DNA of 62,746 bases, the filler included, from Nemertoderma westbladi (taxonomy: Eukaryota > Animalia > Xenacoelomorpha): the NCBI GenBank assembly GCA_032718475.1. It is 3 parts of 3 records of this genome, joined end to end, with 100 filler letters (N's around TTAATTAATTAA, not from the genome) between each part and the next. Parts side by side here need not be neighbours in the genome. Positions count along the whole stretch, not along the records: positions 45,519 to 62,746 come from JAUCBJ010002281.1; 2 more parts are not named here. The stretch is one strand, 5' to 3'. This document shows positions 60,456 to 62,746 of this stretch, piece by piece (the stretch's first letter is position 1; every line of letters begins with the position of its first letter). The notes beneath the pieces are model-generated. The model was not told the DNA's origin and searched no databases. It saw nothing but the letters and a program-made list of their open reading frames with translations. Both the position numbers and the translations under genes were made by a program.

Positions 60456-62359
60456 TTTAGAAAATTTTCTTTTGAAAATTTCTTAACAACCTATTCTATA
60501 CATGTACCAAATGTCAATAATTTTTGGTAAAACGAAGTCTCCAAAATAAGGGAACGAAAATTTTTGGTTAATTAGAGAAATTATTAAAGAAATAAACTAT
60601 TTATCATAATCATCACAAATATTTTAAATAGCCTCAATCACACGACATGCGCCCATTTTAAATCTATTTCAGCACCAGTACTAATATCGTTTATTGTTTT
60701 GGGTAGAAAATCCTGGCTCTGTGATCTGGCAATATATTTTCCCATGCGGCCCCCTATAGCGTAATATCTCGGCTAAATCATTAAAATAATTATCTAAACT
60801 TAATTGAATATAATTACTAACTTCTCTACATTCCCTGCAGTAGAGTGTAAACTCCAAAGTAAAATATAAAAGCAGAAAGTTTGGTATTTAGCATAATGGT
60901 ATCAGGTAATGTTTTAGTAGGTCAATATGGCACGCTTTTAGTATTTTAATTCAATAATATTTTTTGGATTTAAAAACTAGGTAATATTATTGCGATAAAA
61001 ATAACATTATTGCGATAAAATTATTATTATTGCGATAAAATTGCCTAGATGGGACTTGACGGAATTCCCATCTACATATAGGCGAATAAATATCTCGTCT
61101 TAATGTTAAATTATCAATTAAGGGAAAGGATCAGGTTACTGGTACGTTATACTATACTAACTAAAACAATAAACTAAAGTCAATATAACATGTAAGGATG
61201 TAACAGCTTTATTTTAGGGTTAATCAGCTGCTATTTGCGTCGATTTTCCCCTGGATAGGGATGACTTTTGATTGCGTAGGCCTACCGAAAGAGTTCCCCC
61301 CCCCCCCCCCCCCCCGGGCTAACTGAAACCTATACCTGTATACCTAAAAATAAACAAACTATTTTCCTTTTAATAAATTGAATACTTACCTTAGTGACTT
61401 ACTGTACTGTACCGTAATGCAATTTAACACCTAGAAACTTAATTCTACTTAATTAATTCCCACGGAAAGAATTATTATTTATTGTGAGTAACATTGCCTA
61501 TTATATTCTACATAAAACTTATCAGCCTATCCACCTTACCTAAATAAGAAGTAAATAATTATTGAATACGTCCTTTTATGAAAAGATTTTTGGTACCTTA
61601 GTGTATAAATGTAATAATAGAAATAGATGTACGATAAAATTAGGCCTAGATTGATATCTTATTAAATAAGTATACAGTAGTACAAAGTCTGGCTCAGGCT
61701 ACTAAATTCTCTGTAGCATTGTTGACTGAGTTCAGGCACTATCTGCACCATATGGTGGAATTGACCAATCAGGTTGATCGCTGCTGCTATGCCTGTTATT
61801 TGTGTAAAGGGCTAGGCATTGTGGGCAACCATACAGAGTGCCACTTAGTCCTATATTAAAGCCATCAATCAATTGTATTGTTGCTGGGGTGTATTATGGG
61901 TGGGAAACGTTACTTAGCAATAGGCTACGTTCTAACTGGACTTTGAATCATTTGCAGCCGGCATAATATGTCTGAGCGGTTTTATTAGACAAAGGTAATT
62001 ATTCTCATTTATCAATCATTCTTTAAGGTATTCGCCGAAATCAAAGGAGTTTAGTAAGCCGGACATTCCTATTCAACTATCCTAATATTAATTACAAGAA
62101 CTTAAAGATATTAGTAAGTAAATGTATAATAATTGTTTGAGGAAGTGATTACCTGATTATATCATTCAAACGCACACCCGTCATGTATTCCCAGTATTTT
62201 CCCATTTTGAATTAAGTGTCCGAGAATATAAGATATTAAAATAGATAACCGGTAAAACACTCTGGCCGCACCATATTTCGAATGACCTCAGTAGAGTTGG
62301 TTCGTTTTATTGTGTAATTTGATGACTTGATTTTATCAGATTTTATTGAATTAATATAG

Positions 62360-62560
62360 CCACCGGGGCGTCAAGCCGGAAGTGAAATGAAAATGAAAGT
62401 GCGCATGCGAAGTATTCAAGACTTTCAATGAAACACAAATGGTCAGTAATCAGCATTGCATTGTCATTGGTCTGTTCCTCACAAAAGTTTCACATCTCCA
62501 GTGAGCTTATGGAACTAATCTACAGTTATAGGCTAGGCCCCCTACCATGGCGACCTTATT
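62360..62560. promoter_or_regulatory. Possible housekeeping-type promoter
   Basis: Cluster of ETS-like GCCGGAAGTG (62375), NRF1-like GCGCATGCG (62401), ATTGG and YY1-like CATGGCG. No gene could be assigned. Confidence 0.35.
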
Positions 62561-62746
62561 AACGTAACTTATTTAAAGATCTGCTGGATTTTGTTGATCT
62601 TCACCTTTTGTTCACCATGTTTTCACCTTTTTTTGTATTCATATTCATATTTACCTCGTACACCATGACCCGTAGGTAATATATAGTCGTCATTTTCTAA
62701 TGACACAGACGCCAGACCCCCCCCCCCCCATTTACCACACCGATCT

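Overview
Repeat-rich animal (invertebrate-type) nuclear DNA, not prokaryotic. The window is three contigs joined by 100-nt N/TTAATTAATTAA/N linkers (1-19129, 19230-45418, 45519-62746). Contig 1 starts with a head-to-tail array of four non-autonomous Helitrons. Their 146-bp internal repeats each carry a same-orientation motif resembling the extended (upstream + core) CTCF site, about 40 copies in 9 kb; this is the most interesting signal. The array is broken by a probable BEL/Pao-like LTR retrotransposon with a tRNA-like segment in its LTR. Its 5' leader holds a one-ended EnSpm/CACTA element with nested MITEs, flanked by a ~180-bp duplication. Contig 2 carries the last three exons of acetyl-CoA carboxylase. 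The 10.8-kb last intron holds a Sola2-like element containing a 39-bp minisatellite, into which an intact GalEa-type Copia element inserted. A SMART/PacBio ultra-low-input adapter palindrome (artefact) then precedes a 43-49-bp satellite. Contig 3 carries an uninterrupted 2003-aa filamin ORF with 18 Ig repeats, several RTE and CR1/L2-type LINE pieces (one with a ~142-bp target duplication) and a possible promoter. All family calls come from motif recognition by eye; no searches were run.
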